DNA of 64,000 nucleotides from Armatimonadota bacterium (GTDB lineage Bacteria; Armatimonadota; SYMT01): NCBI GenBank assembly GCA_041690135.1, contig JAWLHY010000009.1, positions 96,001 to 160,000 of the forward strand, read 5' to 3'. Shown piece by piece: positions 21,327 to 29,639 of this stretch (position 1 is its first letter; each line of letters starts with the position of its first letter). The notes under the pieces were generated by a model. It saw only the letters and a program-made list of their open reading frames with translations, ran no database searches and was not told where the DNA came from. The position numbers and the translations under genes were made by a program.

Positions 21327-21354
21327 GAACAGATCGGATTCAGGGGTTCTGCGT

Positions 21355-22482
21355 TTGTTGACACCGTCCTCGCTGGAACTGAACAGCGTCGCTGTGGCGT
21401 TAACGCGGTCCGCCTTCGGTGAGGCCACCCATGTGCGCGGGCTTTCTCTCATCCGGGAAGGCCCGCGCAGTCGCGTCTATCGGGTCACGTTCGAAGCCGG
21501 TCCGGGCGAGGAGCGGACGGCTGTTCTGAAGCAGATCACGGATGCCGGCGAGTGCGGCTTCACCGACTGGGCCAGTCTCCAGTTCCTCACCGGTAGGGAT
21601 CTCGCTCCAGAGGTCGTTCCTGGCTTTCTTGCCGGCGAGGTGGACGGTCGCAGTTTCTTGCTTACCGACCTGGGGCCTTCCCGGACCCTGGAAGACTGCC
21701 TGCGTGGGAACGACGCCGGGGCTGTGGTGGACGTCCTGCGCGGTCTCGCCCGCGCCTATGCCCGGCTTCATTCGGCCACCAGGGAAGGTGCTGACGGCTT
21801 TCTAGAGATGCGGCGGACACTTCCGGCGGGAGAGAGCCACGGTCGCGAGGCGGAGGCGGCCCGCTGGCTGCGAGGCTGGAGCAAGCTGGAGACGTGGGCC
21901 GTGGCGCTCGGAGTGCCGTTACCGAAAGGATTCCGGGCGGATCTGGAGCAGCTCGCGGCGGCTTACGCGGACCCCGGACCATTCCTGGCGTTCACCCACG
22001 GCGACCCTGCTCCCACGAACAATCACGTCTCGCCCGCGGGAGTGCGGTTGCTCGATTTCGAGTACGGCGGCTTCCGCCACGCGCTCTACGACCTGACGGC
22101 GTGGAACGTCCTCTGTCCTTTGCCGGAGTCTCTCGTCAGGGAGATGGTGCGGGTCTACCGGGCGGCCCTGCCACCGGGCTGGCGGGTCGCCGGCGAGGAC
22201 CGGGAATTCACGAGGGGCTGGGCGATGATGTCCACTTACCGCGCACTGGCGATGCTCACCTGGATCGACCCGGTGGTGCTGGACCGGAACTTTTCCTGGG
22301 TGGGGGAGTGGACCGCGCGCGAGGCGTTGGTTGCGGCGGTGGAACGATTGGTGGTCGCCGCGAGCGAGTTGCCCGACCTGGCGGGGATCGCCTCCTTCGC
22401 GGAGCGGACCCTGCAGACACTGCGGGAGCGCTGGCCCGAGTACCGGGAGCCGTTTCCACCCTGGCCGGCCCTTGCCTCCTAG
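21355..22482 (+). CDS. Aminoglycoside/choline-kinase-like phosphotransferase
   Basis: VLKQ, HGDPAPTN, LLDFE, YDL; start uncertain (TTG after AGGGG). Confidence 0.8.
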   Translation: MLTPSSLELNSVAVALTRSAFGEATHVRGLSLIREGPRSRVYRVTFEAGPGEERTAVLKQITDAGECGFTDWASLQFLTGRDLAPEVVPGFLAGEVDGRSFLLTDLGPSRTLEDCLRGNDAGAVVDVLRGLARAYARLHSATREGADGFLEMRRTLPAGESHGREAEAARWLRGWSKLETWAVALGVPLPKGFRADLEQLAAAYADPGPFLAFTHGDPAPTNNHVSPAGVRLLDFEYGGFRHALYDLTAWNVLCPLPESLVREMVRVYRAALPPGWRVAGEDREFTRGWAMMSTYRALAMLTWIDPVVLDRNFSWVGEWTAREALVAAVERLVVAASELPDLAGIASFAERTLQTLRERWPEYREPFPPWPALAS

Positions 22483-22583
22483 CTTCCGCTTCTTGGAACA
22501 GCCGGAACCTTTTGGGGAACCCAGTAATCCAAGGGAAGGGGTGCCGGCCTGCACCCCAAGCTTGCCCTGGGGAGAGACATCCG

Positions 22584-23246
22584 ATGCACGGTCGCGCGGT
22601 CCTCTACGCCCTCTGCTTCAGTTGGGTCCTGGGAATCGCCGGATTTCCAGTTTTCGCCAACCCGCCCGTCGCTCCGGAACCGGACGGAACGATCTTCCAG
22701 CGGATCGCGTTGACGCACGCGGAGCCGCTGGGAGTGCTCCGGATCCTCACTGCGGAGACGGACGTGGACCGGCGTTCCGGTGCGCTGCATGGCAAGCACT
22801 CGCTGGTCCCGGCGGGGATTCGGGCTACGATAGCATTTCCTACCGGGGGAACCCTGATGGTCAAAGGCGAGCCGCCGGCGGTCTGCCAGTTCGCGCTGGC
22901 CTGCACCCTCCTCGACGTGCCCACGGAAAGGCGCGGGGACGGCCGGATCCGGATAACGCTCCGTCCAACACGCGCGGACCTGACCGAGTTAACCCGCCAG
23001 ATCCGCGAGCTACCGGGAGCGGGGCAGGTGCAGTTGATGGCAAAGAGCCTCACCCTGGAAGGCTCGGCGGCGTGGCTTCACCAGGCCCTCCGGCAGGCCG
23101 TGCGCCAGGAACTCAACGGGAAAGGCGCCGAAAAGTCTGCCTACGTTCCTCCTTATCTTCCGACCCTTCCTTATCTTTATCCATTTCACCAACGTCCCTC
23201 GGGCGTGATCGTCCGCTTCAGTAGGCCCTGGGGATCGCCCTCGTAG
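22584..23246 (+). CDS. Exported protein with secretin N-terminal (NolW-like) domain
   Basis: GGAG RBS, signal peptide, IALTHAEP...LVPAGI...TLMVKG...LLDVP pattern; no secretin barrel. Confidence 0.5.
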   Translation: MHGRAVLYALCFSWVLGIAGFPVFANPPVAPEPDGTIFQRIALTHAEPLGVLRILTAETDVDRRSGALHGKHSLVPAGIRATIAFPTGGTLMVKGEPPAVCQFALACTLLDVPTERRGDGRIRITLRPTRADLTELTRQIRELPGAGQVQLMAKSLTLEGSAAWLHQALRQAVRQELNGKGAEKSAYVPPYLPTLPYLYPFHQRPSGVIVRFSRPWGSPS

Positions 23247-23812
23247 AGCGCCAACTGGTAACGTTGGAACCAGTAGAGGCTGGCTCGCCGGTACTGGGCA
23301 TCGTAGTCCGGGTGCTCGGCGCCCTGTGCGGTGCGCCGGCGGAGTAGCTGCGCGTGCTGCTCCTGAAGCAGGAGCGGGTTCCGGTTCACGTGGTGGGCGC
23401 TGATGTAGAGGTACGGGTTGGCCCGGACCACCGCGTAGAGCCGGTCGCGGGCCAGGAGCAGGTCGAGGAAGCCCGGGTTGTCCGAGCGCAGGGTGTTCGC
23501 CAGGTCCGCGGGATCGAAAAACGGAGGTCGGTCGACCGGATGGACGTGGAAAGTCCCCACGAACCGCCCCTCTTCCGTGTAGGCCTGATAGTGTGCCTGG
23601 GAAGCCAGTTCCAGCGGGAAGTGGAGCTTCCCCTCGCGCAGCGCCAGCGGAAAGCCCAACTCCGTGCCGGCGGGGGCACTGTGGTAGGTGTTCAGGAACA
23701 CCTCGGCGTGCTCCCGGAAGTCGAGGGTGTCCGGGAGGTGGTCTGGATGGCGGCGGATCGGGTCGTCGGCTGCGCGGGCCAACCAGGAGAGGGTAGGAGA
23801 CGCGAGCAGCAT
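23186..23812 (-). CDS. Hypothetical protein with JAB/MPN-like metal motif
   Basis: AAGAGG RBS; TELG...VGTFHVHP-x7-DPADL. Confidence 0.6.
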   Translation of the reverse strand: MLLASPTLSWLARAADDPIRRHPDHLPDTLDFREHAEVFLNTYHSAPAGTELGFPLALREGKLHFPLELASQAHYQAYTEEGRFVGTFHVHPVDRPPFFDPADLANTLRSDNPGFLDLLLARDRLYAVVRANPYLYISAHHVNRNPLLLQEQHAQLLRRRTAQGAEHPDYDAQYRRASLYWFQRYQLALYEGDPQGLLKRTITPEGRW

Positions 23813-23841
23813 GGGGTTACCTCTTTTCAAGTGTGTATCCG

Positions 23842-24978
23842 TCAGGTGTTGTCCAACACCTGCGCGATCTGCTCCGCGGTGGCGGCGGCCAGGGTGATCC
23901 CGTCTCCCTCGTGGCCGCAGGCGAGGTACAGCCCAGGCACCTTGCTGGGGCCGATGCGGGGCAGACCGTCGGGAGTCCACGGTCGAAACCCCACGGTGGT
24001 CTCCTCCCAGGCGACCTCCGCGAGCGCGGGGAGGTAACGTGCGCCGCACTCCCGGATTCGCTCGACCTCCGGCTCAATCCCATCCTGGGAGAAGTCGACG
24101 AAGGACCGGCTCCCTCCGAGCAGGCATTCCCCCGCGGTCTCTGGCTCTTCGGCCGTTGAAGGGTGCTGCTGAAGGCTGAAGGCGATGCTCTGCGGGTCGG
24201 CGCTGAACTTGGCGCAGAGGTACTCGGCCCCGAGAAGGGGACGGTGGGTCAGCGCCCGGCCTGGGTTCCCTCGCAAGAGCACCCCGCGCCGGGGGCGGAT
24301 CTCCACCTCCGCTCCGACCATGGTAGCTAGTTCTCCGGACCAGACCCCCGCGGCCAGCACGACCGCGGACGCCTCGTACTCAACCCCTCCGGCCACCACG
24401 CCGCAGACCTTTCCGCCGGAGGTTATGAAGCTCTCCACCGGAGCGCCACTGGTCATGCTGGCCCCGTGCTGGAGGGCTTCGGTAAGCCACGCTCCCGCCA
24501 GGAGCGCCGGGTGGACCTGCGCATCCAGCGGGCAGTAGCTGGCGGCGATGACTTCGGGGGAAATCTCCGGCTCGAGGGCGCGGGCCGCGTTGCCCGTCAG
24601 CCACTGCACGGGCACTCCCGCGGCCGTGAGCGCCTGGTGATGGGCGTGGAGCGCATCCACTTCATCGGGATCGATGGCGAGGATGAGGCTGCCCGTTTGC
24701 CGGTAGAGCAGTTCTTCTTCGCGTCCCTGGGCGAACTCGGCCAGTAGTTCCAGGCTCCGGCGCGCCAGGTCGAGCGCGGGTCCCGGCCGCTTCGACTGGA
24801 GCAGGAGATGACCACCGGACACCGCCGTGGTGCCGCGGCCGGGGTGGGAGAGAACCCGCACCCGGCGCTTCGCCCGCGCCAGCGCCGCCGCGCACGCCGC
24901 CCCCACCGCTCCCGACCCGATTACGATCACATCCGTGGAAGCCGGGCGTTGCTTTCCTGGCTGCTTCTTCTTCGGCAT
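23842..24978 (-). CDS. FAD-dependent oxidoreductase (DAO/glycine oxidase family)
   Basis: GSGAVG, AAGVWS, GFRPWTPDGLPRIG, GHEGDGITLA. Confidence 0.92.
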   Translation of the reverse strand: MPKKKQPGKQRPASTDVIVIGSGAVGAACAAALARAKRRVRVLSHPGRGTTAVSGGHLLLQSKRPGPALDLARRSLELLAEFAQGREEELLYRQTGSLILAIDPDEVDALHAHHQALTAAGVPVQWLTGNAARALEPEISPEVIAASYCPLDAQVHPALLAGAWLTEALQHGASMTSGAPVESFITSGGKVCGVVAGGVEYEASAVVLAAGVWSGELATMVGAEVEIRPRRGVLLRGNPGRALTHRPLLGAEYLCAKFSADPQSIAFSLQQHPSTAEEPETAGECLLGGSRSFVDFSQDGIEPEVERIRECGARYLPALAEVAWEETTVGFRPWTPDGLPRIGPSKVPGLYLACGHEGDGITLAAATAEQIAQVLDNT

Positions 24979-25253
24979 CAGTGGGTCCCAATGGCGGAGG
25001 CGAACCCTACCTGCGGCGCGTCAGGCACTGTCAAGGCTCACCCCAGGAGCATTCATGGCGAACGGCGTACCTGACTGGCCGAAGCACTCCCGTGCACTCA
25101 ACACTTACCACCTTGTACACCACTCAAACGCGCCGGAGTTGGGCCACCAAATCGCCGGAATGATGTTGGTATGACTGATCGCGGGCGGTGCAACTCGAAC
25201 GGGCGTCTGCCTACCTGCGCCCAAAATTACAGAAAAATTAACAAAAACGGGCC

Positions 25254-25461
25254 ACCTGACCACCCGAACGCCCAACGTTTACCCCCACAGGGCACGGCGG
25301 TTCAGTTTTCCGCGCGACGCGCTGCTCTGCCGCCCCTCCGGGGCTACGGACCGACCCCCACCGAAAACTGAATCACCCTGCCCCATAGGGGGTCCGAACA
25401 CCCGAACATTTACCCCCCCCCACAGGGGGGCCCGAACACCCGAACCCCCAACGCCCAACGC
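25254..25461. repeat. Octamer array (CCCGAACA/CCTGACCA) with TTAC(C)nACAGG cores
   Basis: Directly visible; related arrays at 61609-61682 and 62902-63128. Confidence 0.8.
25293..25380 (+). mobile_element. MITE, internally deleted copy (88 bp)
   Basis: TIRs CACGGCGGTTCAGTTTTC / GAAAACTGAATCACCCTG; flanks CCCCACAGGG / CCCCATAGGG; homologous to the reverse complement of 62934-63104. Confidence 0.8.
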
Positions 25462-25932
25462 CTAATTCGTCACTTCCCGCATCGAAGGAATATCGATGTT
25501 GTGCGTGCGGGCGATGTCGGCGTAGCGGCGGAGGGACTGCAGCGAGAGGCGGCGGCGCTCCATCGCCTGGTTGATCTTGAGGATCAGCAGTTCGAAGACG
25601 TCGACTCCGGGGATGTTTTTTTCCACGTAATCAAACGCCCCCCGGCGCATGCACTCCACGGCGTTGGCCACATTGCCGTAGGCGGTGAGCACGATCACCT
25701 CGCTGAAGATGTCGCGGCTCATCGCGGCCTCCAGGGTTTTCACGCCGCTCTGGGGATCTTCCATCACCATATCCGTCAGGATCAGGTCGAACGGTGGGTT
25801 TGCCTGGTGGATGGCCTCAATGCCGTCCGCCTGGCTGCCGGCCTGCTCGACGTGATAGCCCTCACGCTCCAGCCGGCGGGTAATGGCATCCCGGACTTCT
25901 TCTTCATCATCGATCACGAGTACTCGATACAT
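25462..25932 (-). CDS. Response regulator receiver protein
   Basis: VIDDEE, TDMVM, LTAYG, DYVEK. Confidence 0.92.
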   Translation of the reverse strand: MYRVLVIDDEEEVRDAITRRLEREGYHVEQAGSQADGIEAIHQANPPFDLILTDMVMEDPQSGVKTLEAAMSRDIFSEVIVLTAYGNVANAVECMRRGAFDYVEKNIPGVDVFELLILKINQAMERRRLSLQSLRRYADIARTHNIDIPSMREVTN

Positions 25933-27739
25933 TCAGGTCTCCAATGGAGGCATCTTCGCCGCGGAGCGCGGGCAGCACAATGATAAAGTGTGCACCCTCT
26001 CCGGGTCGACCCACTTCTGCAATCGCGCCCTGGTGGGCGTCCACAATTCCCTTCACAATGGAAAGACCCAGCCCCATTCCCTTGGAGCGCGTGGTGAAGA
26101 AGGGCGCGAAGAGGCGATCCTTGTTCTCGGTCGGGATACCGGGGCCGGAGTCGATCACCTCCAGCCGTACGGCACTTCCCTCGCGCTCCCAGGCGGGATC
26201 GAATGGCATCTGGGGGTAGCTTTCCCGCTCGGCGGGACCCCAAGGGCCGGTGATCACTCGGATCCGCCCCTGGCCCTGAATATGGTTGGCCGCGTTCTCC
26301 AGCAGTTCCGAAATGGCGCGCCGCAGCTTCGTGTCGTCTCCGGAGATCCGTGGCAGCTCGGGTGCGGTCTCTACCTGGATGGAAACCGGACCGCCGCAAG
26401 GAAAGCTCTCGCGCACGGCGGAGCTCACCAACTCGTTCAGGTCCGCCGGACGGCGCTCCAGGTGGGTGGCCATCAGGAAGTCCCGGAACTCGGTGAGGAT
26501 CTCTTCCAGCCGGAAGACCCCTAGCTTGGCACGCTGGACGATCTCCAGCACCTGCTCACCGGAAACATCGGTCCGTCGGGCGAGGTGCTCCAGCTCGTTG
26601 AGCTGGCCCTTGAGCGCAAAGACCTTGTTTCCGATCATGTGCGCCGACCGGGCGGACATTTCGCCCCAGGCCGCCATGCGCTCCATCTGGACCTGGCGTT
26701 CGATGAGAGTTTGCTGGGTGATGGCCGCCCCCACCTGGCGGGCCAGGGTGGTGAGCAGCAGCTCGTCGCGCGCGGTGAACTCATTGCGGACCGCCGTGTT
26801 CGCCGGCCGCCGTCGCACCACCCGCAGGACCCCCCATGGGCCGGAGCGGGTGTAGACCGGTACGGCCATGAACGCTTCGATCGCTTCCGAGGGGAGCTCC
26901 GGGTAGAGGCCCTGCCAGCGAGGGTCTTCGCGCACGTTGGCCACCCGCGCCGGCTGCATGTGTTCGGCCACCCAACCGGTAAGCCCCTCGCCGAGTCGAT
27001 AGGTCATCTGCCCGATGTTGTGCTGGAGCATGCGCCCAGAGGCACGCAGCACCAGCCGATCGCCCGCCGGGCTCAGCTCGAAGATGGAGCAATCGTCGGC
27101 CCGCAGCAGTCCCGCCGCGCGCGAGACGACGCACCGCAGCAACTCATCCATATCGTTGCTGGACGCCAGCTCGTTGCCGATCTCGATGAGCGCCGCCTCC
27201 CGTGCGCGGTAGTTGGCTACACTGATGGCGATGGAGCTCTGGTTCGCCAGCGCCACGAGGAGCTGGAGATCCCGCTCGTTAAAGGCGTCAATCTCTTCGC
27301 TCTCGATGTCGAGAACCCCGATGTTGCGCCCCTCGCGGTTGACCAGCGGCACGGCAATCTCGCTGCGGACGTCGGGGAAGAGCATCACGTAGTGCGGGTC
27401 GCGCCGCACGTCGCCGGTGATGTACGGCACCCCGGTCGCCGCGACCATGCTGGTGATGCCGCGCCCCGGTTCGTGGGAGATCGGAATGGACCGGATGGGA
27501 AGCTGGTCCCACCCCTGCCCCGCGGTGATCCGGAACTCGAGTTCCCCCGTCGACCGATTAACCAGTCCCACCAGGCCCCGGGTGCCCTTCACAGAGGCCA
27601 GGCCCTCTTCCAGAATCGCGCGCAGGAGGTCGTCGATGTTCAGAATCGAAGTGAGAAACCGCCCCAGCCGGTAGAACGACTCCAGTTGGGTTCCCTCCAC
27701 TCCGGCCGGCTCCCGTGCTTGCTCCTCGCTCCCACTCAT
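25907..27739 (-). CDS. GAF-GAF sensor histidine kinase
   Basis: Two GAF domains, H-box SAHMIGN, ELLENA, DSGPGI, PFFTTRSKGMGLGL; start 27739 has a GGAG RBS (alternative 27769). Confidence 0.92.
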   Translation of the reverse strand: MSGSEEQAREPAGVEGTQLESFYRLGRFLTSILNIDDLLRAILEEGLASVKGTRGLVGLVNRSTGELEFRITAGQGWDQLPIRSIPISHEPGRGITSMVAATGVPYITGDVRRDPHYVMLFPDVRSEIAVPLVNREGRNIGVLDIESEEIDAFNERDLQLLVALANQSSIAISVANYRAREAALIEIGNELASSNDMDELLRCVVSRAAGLLRADDCSIFELSPAGDRLVLRASGRMLQHNIGQMTYRLGEGLTGWVAEHMQPARVANVREDPRWQGLYPELPSEAIEAFMAVPVYTRSGPWGVLRVVRRRPANTAVRNEFTARDELLLTTLARQVGAAITQQTLIERQVQMERMAAWGEMSARSAHMIGNKVFALKGQLNELEHLARRTDVSGEQVLEIVQRAKLGVFRLEEILTEFRDFLMATHLERRPADLNELVSSAVRESFPCGGPVSIQVETAPELPRISGDDTKLRRAISELLENAANHIQGQGRIRVITGPWGPAERESYPQMPFDPAWEREGSAVRLEVIDSGPGIPTENKDRLFAPFFTTRSKGMGLGLSIVKGIVDAHQGAIAEVGRPGEGAHFIIVLPALRGEDASIGDLNVSSTRDR

Positions 27740-27940
27740 CCCTACTGCTCCTGTGCCACCCAAGGTCATGCCTTCCTATTGTATCAACGGGTGGGTGGGA
27801 GTACTGGGTGCCGAGCGAAGTTGATGGGTAGCCGAAGGAACGTAGGAGACTACCATACAAAATGGTAAGCAACCAGGGGTTTGGTCAGGCGAGGCGAGGG
27901 TGTGCTCTCGTCAGTAGCTTTGTGAAAGCGTAGAATTAGA

Positions 27941-28356
27941 ATGCCACGAGTTTACCGAACAATGAAGCAGGATGGAGATGGTCCGGCGCTGGGTGATCAG
28001 TTTGGTACTCTGGGAGTGCGAGTTCCCAGGGACATCGAACCCGATCCGGACGGGAACGTGCGAGCAGGTGCAGGCGGGATGTCAGTGTTTGCGAAGCTAC
28101 GCGCTTTGCCGGCTCGCATGGTACCCCGAAGTTTGCGCGCACTGTATCCGGGTGCAGTTGGCTCGGAGGCCTCTCCTGTCTGGGTTTTCGGTGAGGGGAA
28201 CTTTGCGGCGGGTCCGTTTGCCCCAGGTCTCGACTTACGGCCGGATCGGCTGCTGATCACGGCTTCATTGAACCATCAACAGTCATGGAGTTGACCGAGT
28301 ATCAGTCGGCGTTGGCCGATACACGCCAACAGTGGGACAAGGTTGAACCATGTTAA
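27941..28356 (+). pseudogene. Tse2-like ADP-ribosyltransferase-fold toxin gene with a 1-nt frameshift near 28249
   Basis: Frame 1 VYR...LGVR...GGMSV...LRPD continues in the -1 frame as DHGFIEPSTVMELTEYQSALADTRQQW, whose TAA overlaps the next ATG. Confidence 0.7.
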
Positions 28357-29624
28357 CGACAGAGAAACGATACAGCCAGAGCCCCTATTTTCGGCTTTAC
28401 GAAGCGCAATTGCGTCAACTCCATGATCTGGTTGCCGCCGGCCTAGGAGACTCGCCCGAAGCCGAAGCACTCCGCGAAGAGATGGAAGCGCCGGAGAGGA
28501 TGCTTGGGGCGGCGGAACTGGAACATCTCAATGGGTTATCCGCCGACCTGTATTCACTCACGGATGATGAAATCTACGAGCCAGAGCCAGTATGCAGGAC
28601 GGCGGATGAACTGCGTGCCGCCATTCAGGTGGCATGGGCAAACCGGGATTGGCCGCGCTTGCTAAAGTTGCTGCGCGAGGGTCAGTCGGGACTGTCGCCC
28701 GACCAGGTGGCATTCCTGCGTGCACAGGCATACGACGCCCTCGGCCATCCGGAGACCGCGCTCCTGTTTCAGCAAAAGGCAGCACAACTCAACCCTGATT
28801 ACCACGTCTACCACTACTTGGTGATCGACTACCTCTTGCGTCTTGGGCGGTTGGGTGAGGCGATCCAGATGGCTCGCCCGCTCCTGATCGATGGGACTGC
28901 CCCGTTCTTCCTACGGATCCAAGCGTCTGCAATCTTGCAGCGCGCGAGTATCCAAATGAACCCCGCCGAGGCCCGGCTGATCCAAAGCGAGGTGTTAAAG
29001 GCGCTTCCAACACTGGTTGCCTCCGAAGATTTTGGGGTCCAGCCGGCGAATGTGCAGGTGTTAGGGCTCATCACGCTTGCCTTTTGCCAGGCGGAAATGG
29101 GGCAGGTGTCGGCGGCGATTGCTACCCTGGGTCGGGCGGTAAGCGTCAGCCCGGACACACCCACTGGGTGGGCACTCAGAGGGCAACTTCGACTTCAGAA
29201 TGAGCCTAGGGGAGCCATGTCGGACTTTGAACACGCCATACAGCGTGGGACCCAACTGCCGATTGCCTACCTCGTCCTCGCCCACGAAGAGTTGATAAAT
29301 GAGCGATTCGAACAATGCCTGGAACTCTGCCAGCGCGGCTCTAGCTTATCTGATGGCGCTCAGGAGTCGGCTTTGTTTCACTACTACGCAGCATTGGCCC
29401 GCTGGGGTAGTGGCGCCGATCCAAACCGGGTTAGGCAGAGTTTCGAGAGCGCCCTGAGACTTGACCCGTTGAATAGCGGCATCCGCGAACATTATGAGTT
29501 GTTTGCCTCCGCGCAGGCCCAGTGGGCGAGGGCGGTCGCGGATGATGTCTTACGAGACGTCGCCCGCCCAGCAACTGGAATTCGCCGGATCGACAACTTG
29601 CCACTCATTCCAGTAGCGGCGTAA
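28350..29624 (+). CDS. TPR-repeat protein with distinct N-terminal helical domain
   Basis: Repeated RAQAYDALGHPETA, LGRLGEAI, LAFCQAEMGQVSAA, FESALRLDP; A/T-richer codons than flanks. Confidence 0.85.
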   Translation: MLTTEKRYSQSPYFRLYEAQLRQLHDLVAAGLGDSPEAEALREEMEAPERMLGAAELEHLNGLSADLYSLTDDEIYEPEPVCRTADELRAAIQVAWANRDWPRLLKLLREGQSGLSPDQVAFLRAQAYDALGHPETALLFQQKAAQLNPDYHVYHYLVIDYLLRLGRLGEAIQMARPLLIDGTAPFFLRIQASAILQRASIQMNPAEARLIQSEVLKALPTLVASEDFGVQPANVQVLGLITLAFCQAEMGQVSAAIATLGRAVSVSPDTPTGWALRGQLRLQNEPRGAMSDFEHAIQRGTQLPIAYLVLAHEELINERFEQCLELCQRGSSLSDGAQESALFHYYAALARWGSGADPNRVRQSFESALRLDPLNSGIREHYELFASAQAQWARAVADDVLRDVARPATGIRRIDNLPLIPVAA

Positions 29625-29639
29625 ACAGAGAGGAACACC

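Noticed and set aside
20974-21354. N-terminal extension of the phosphotransferase
   Set aside because: Translates a DNA palindrome/repeat element; kinase-like sequence starts near 21355
25050-25175. Remnant of a four-helix-bundle gene (ELGHQIAGMM)
   Set aside because: Similarity too short to support without a profile search
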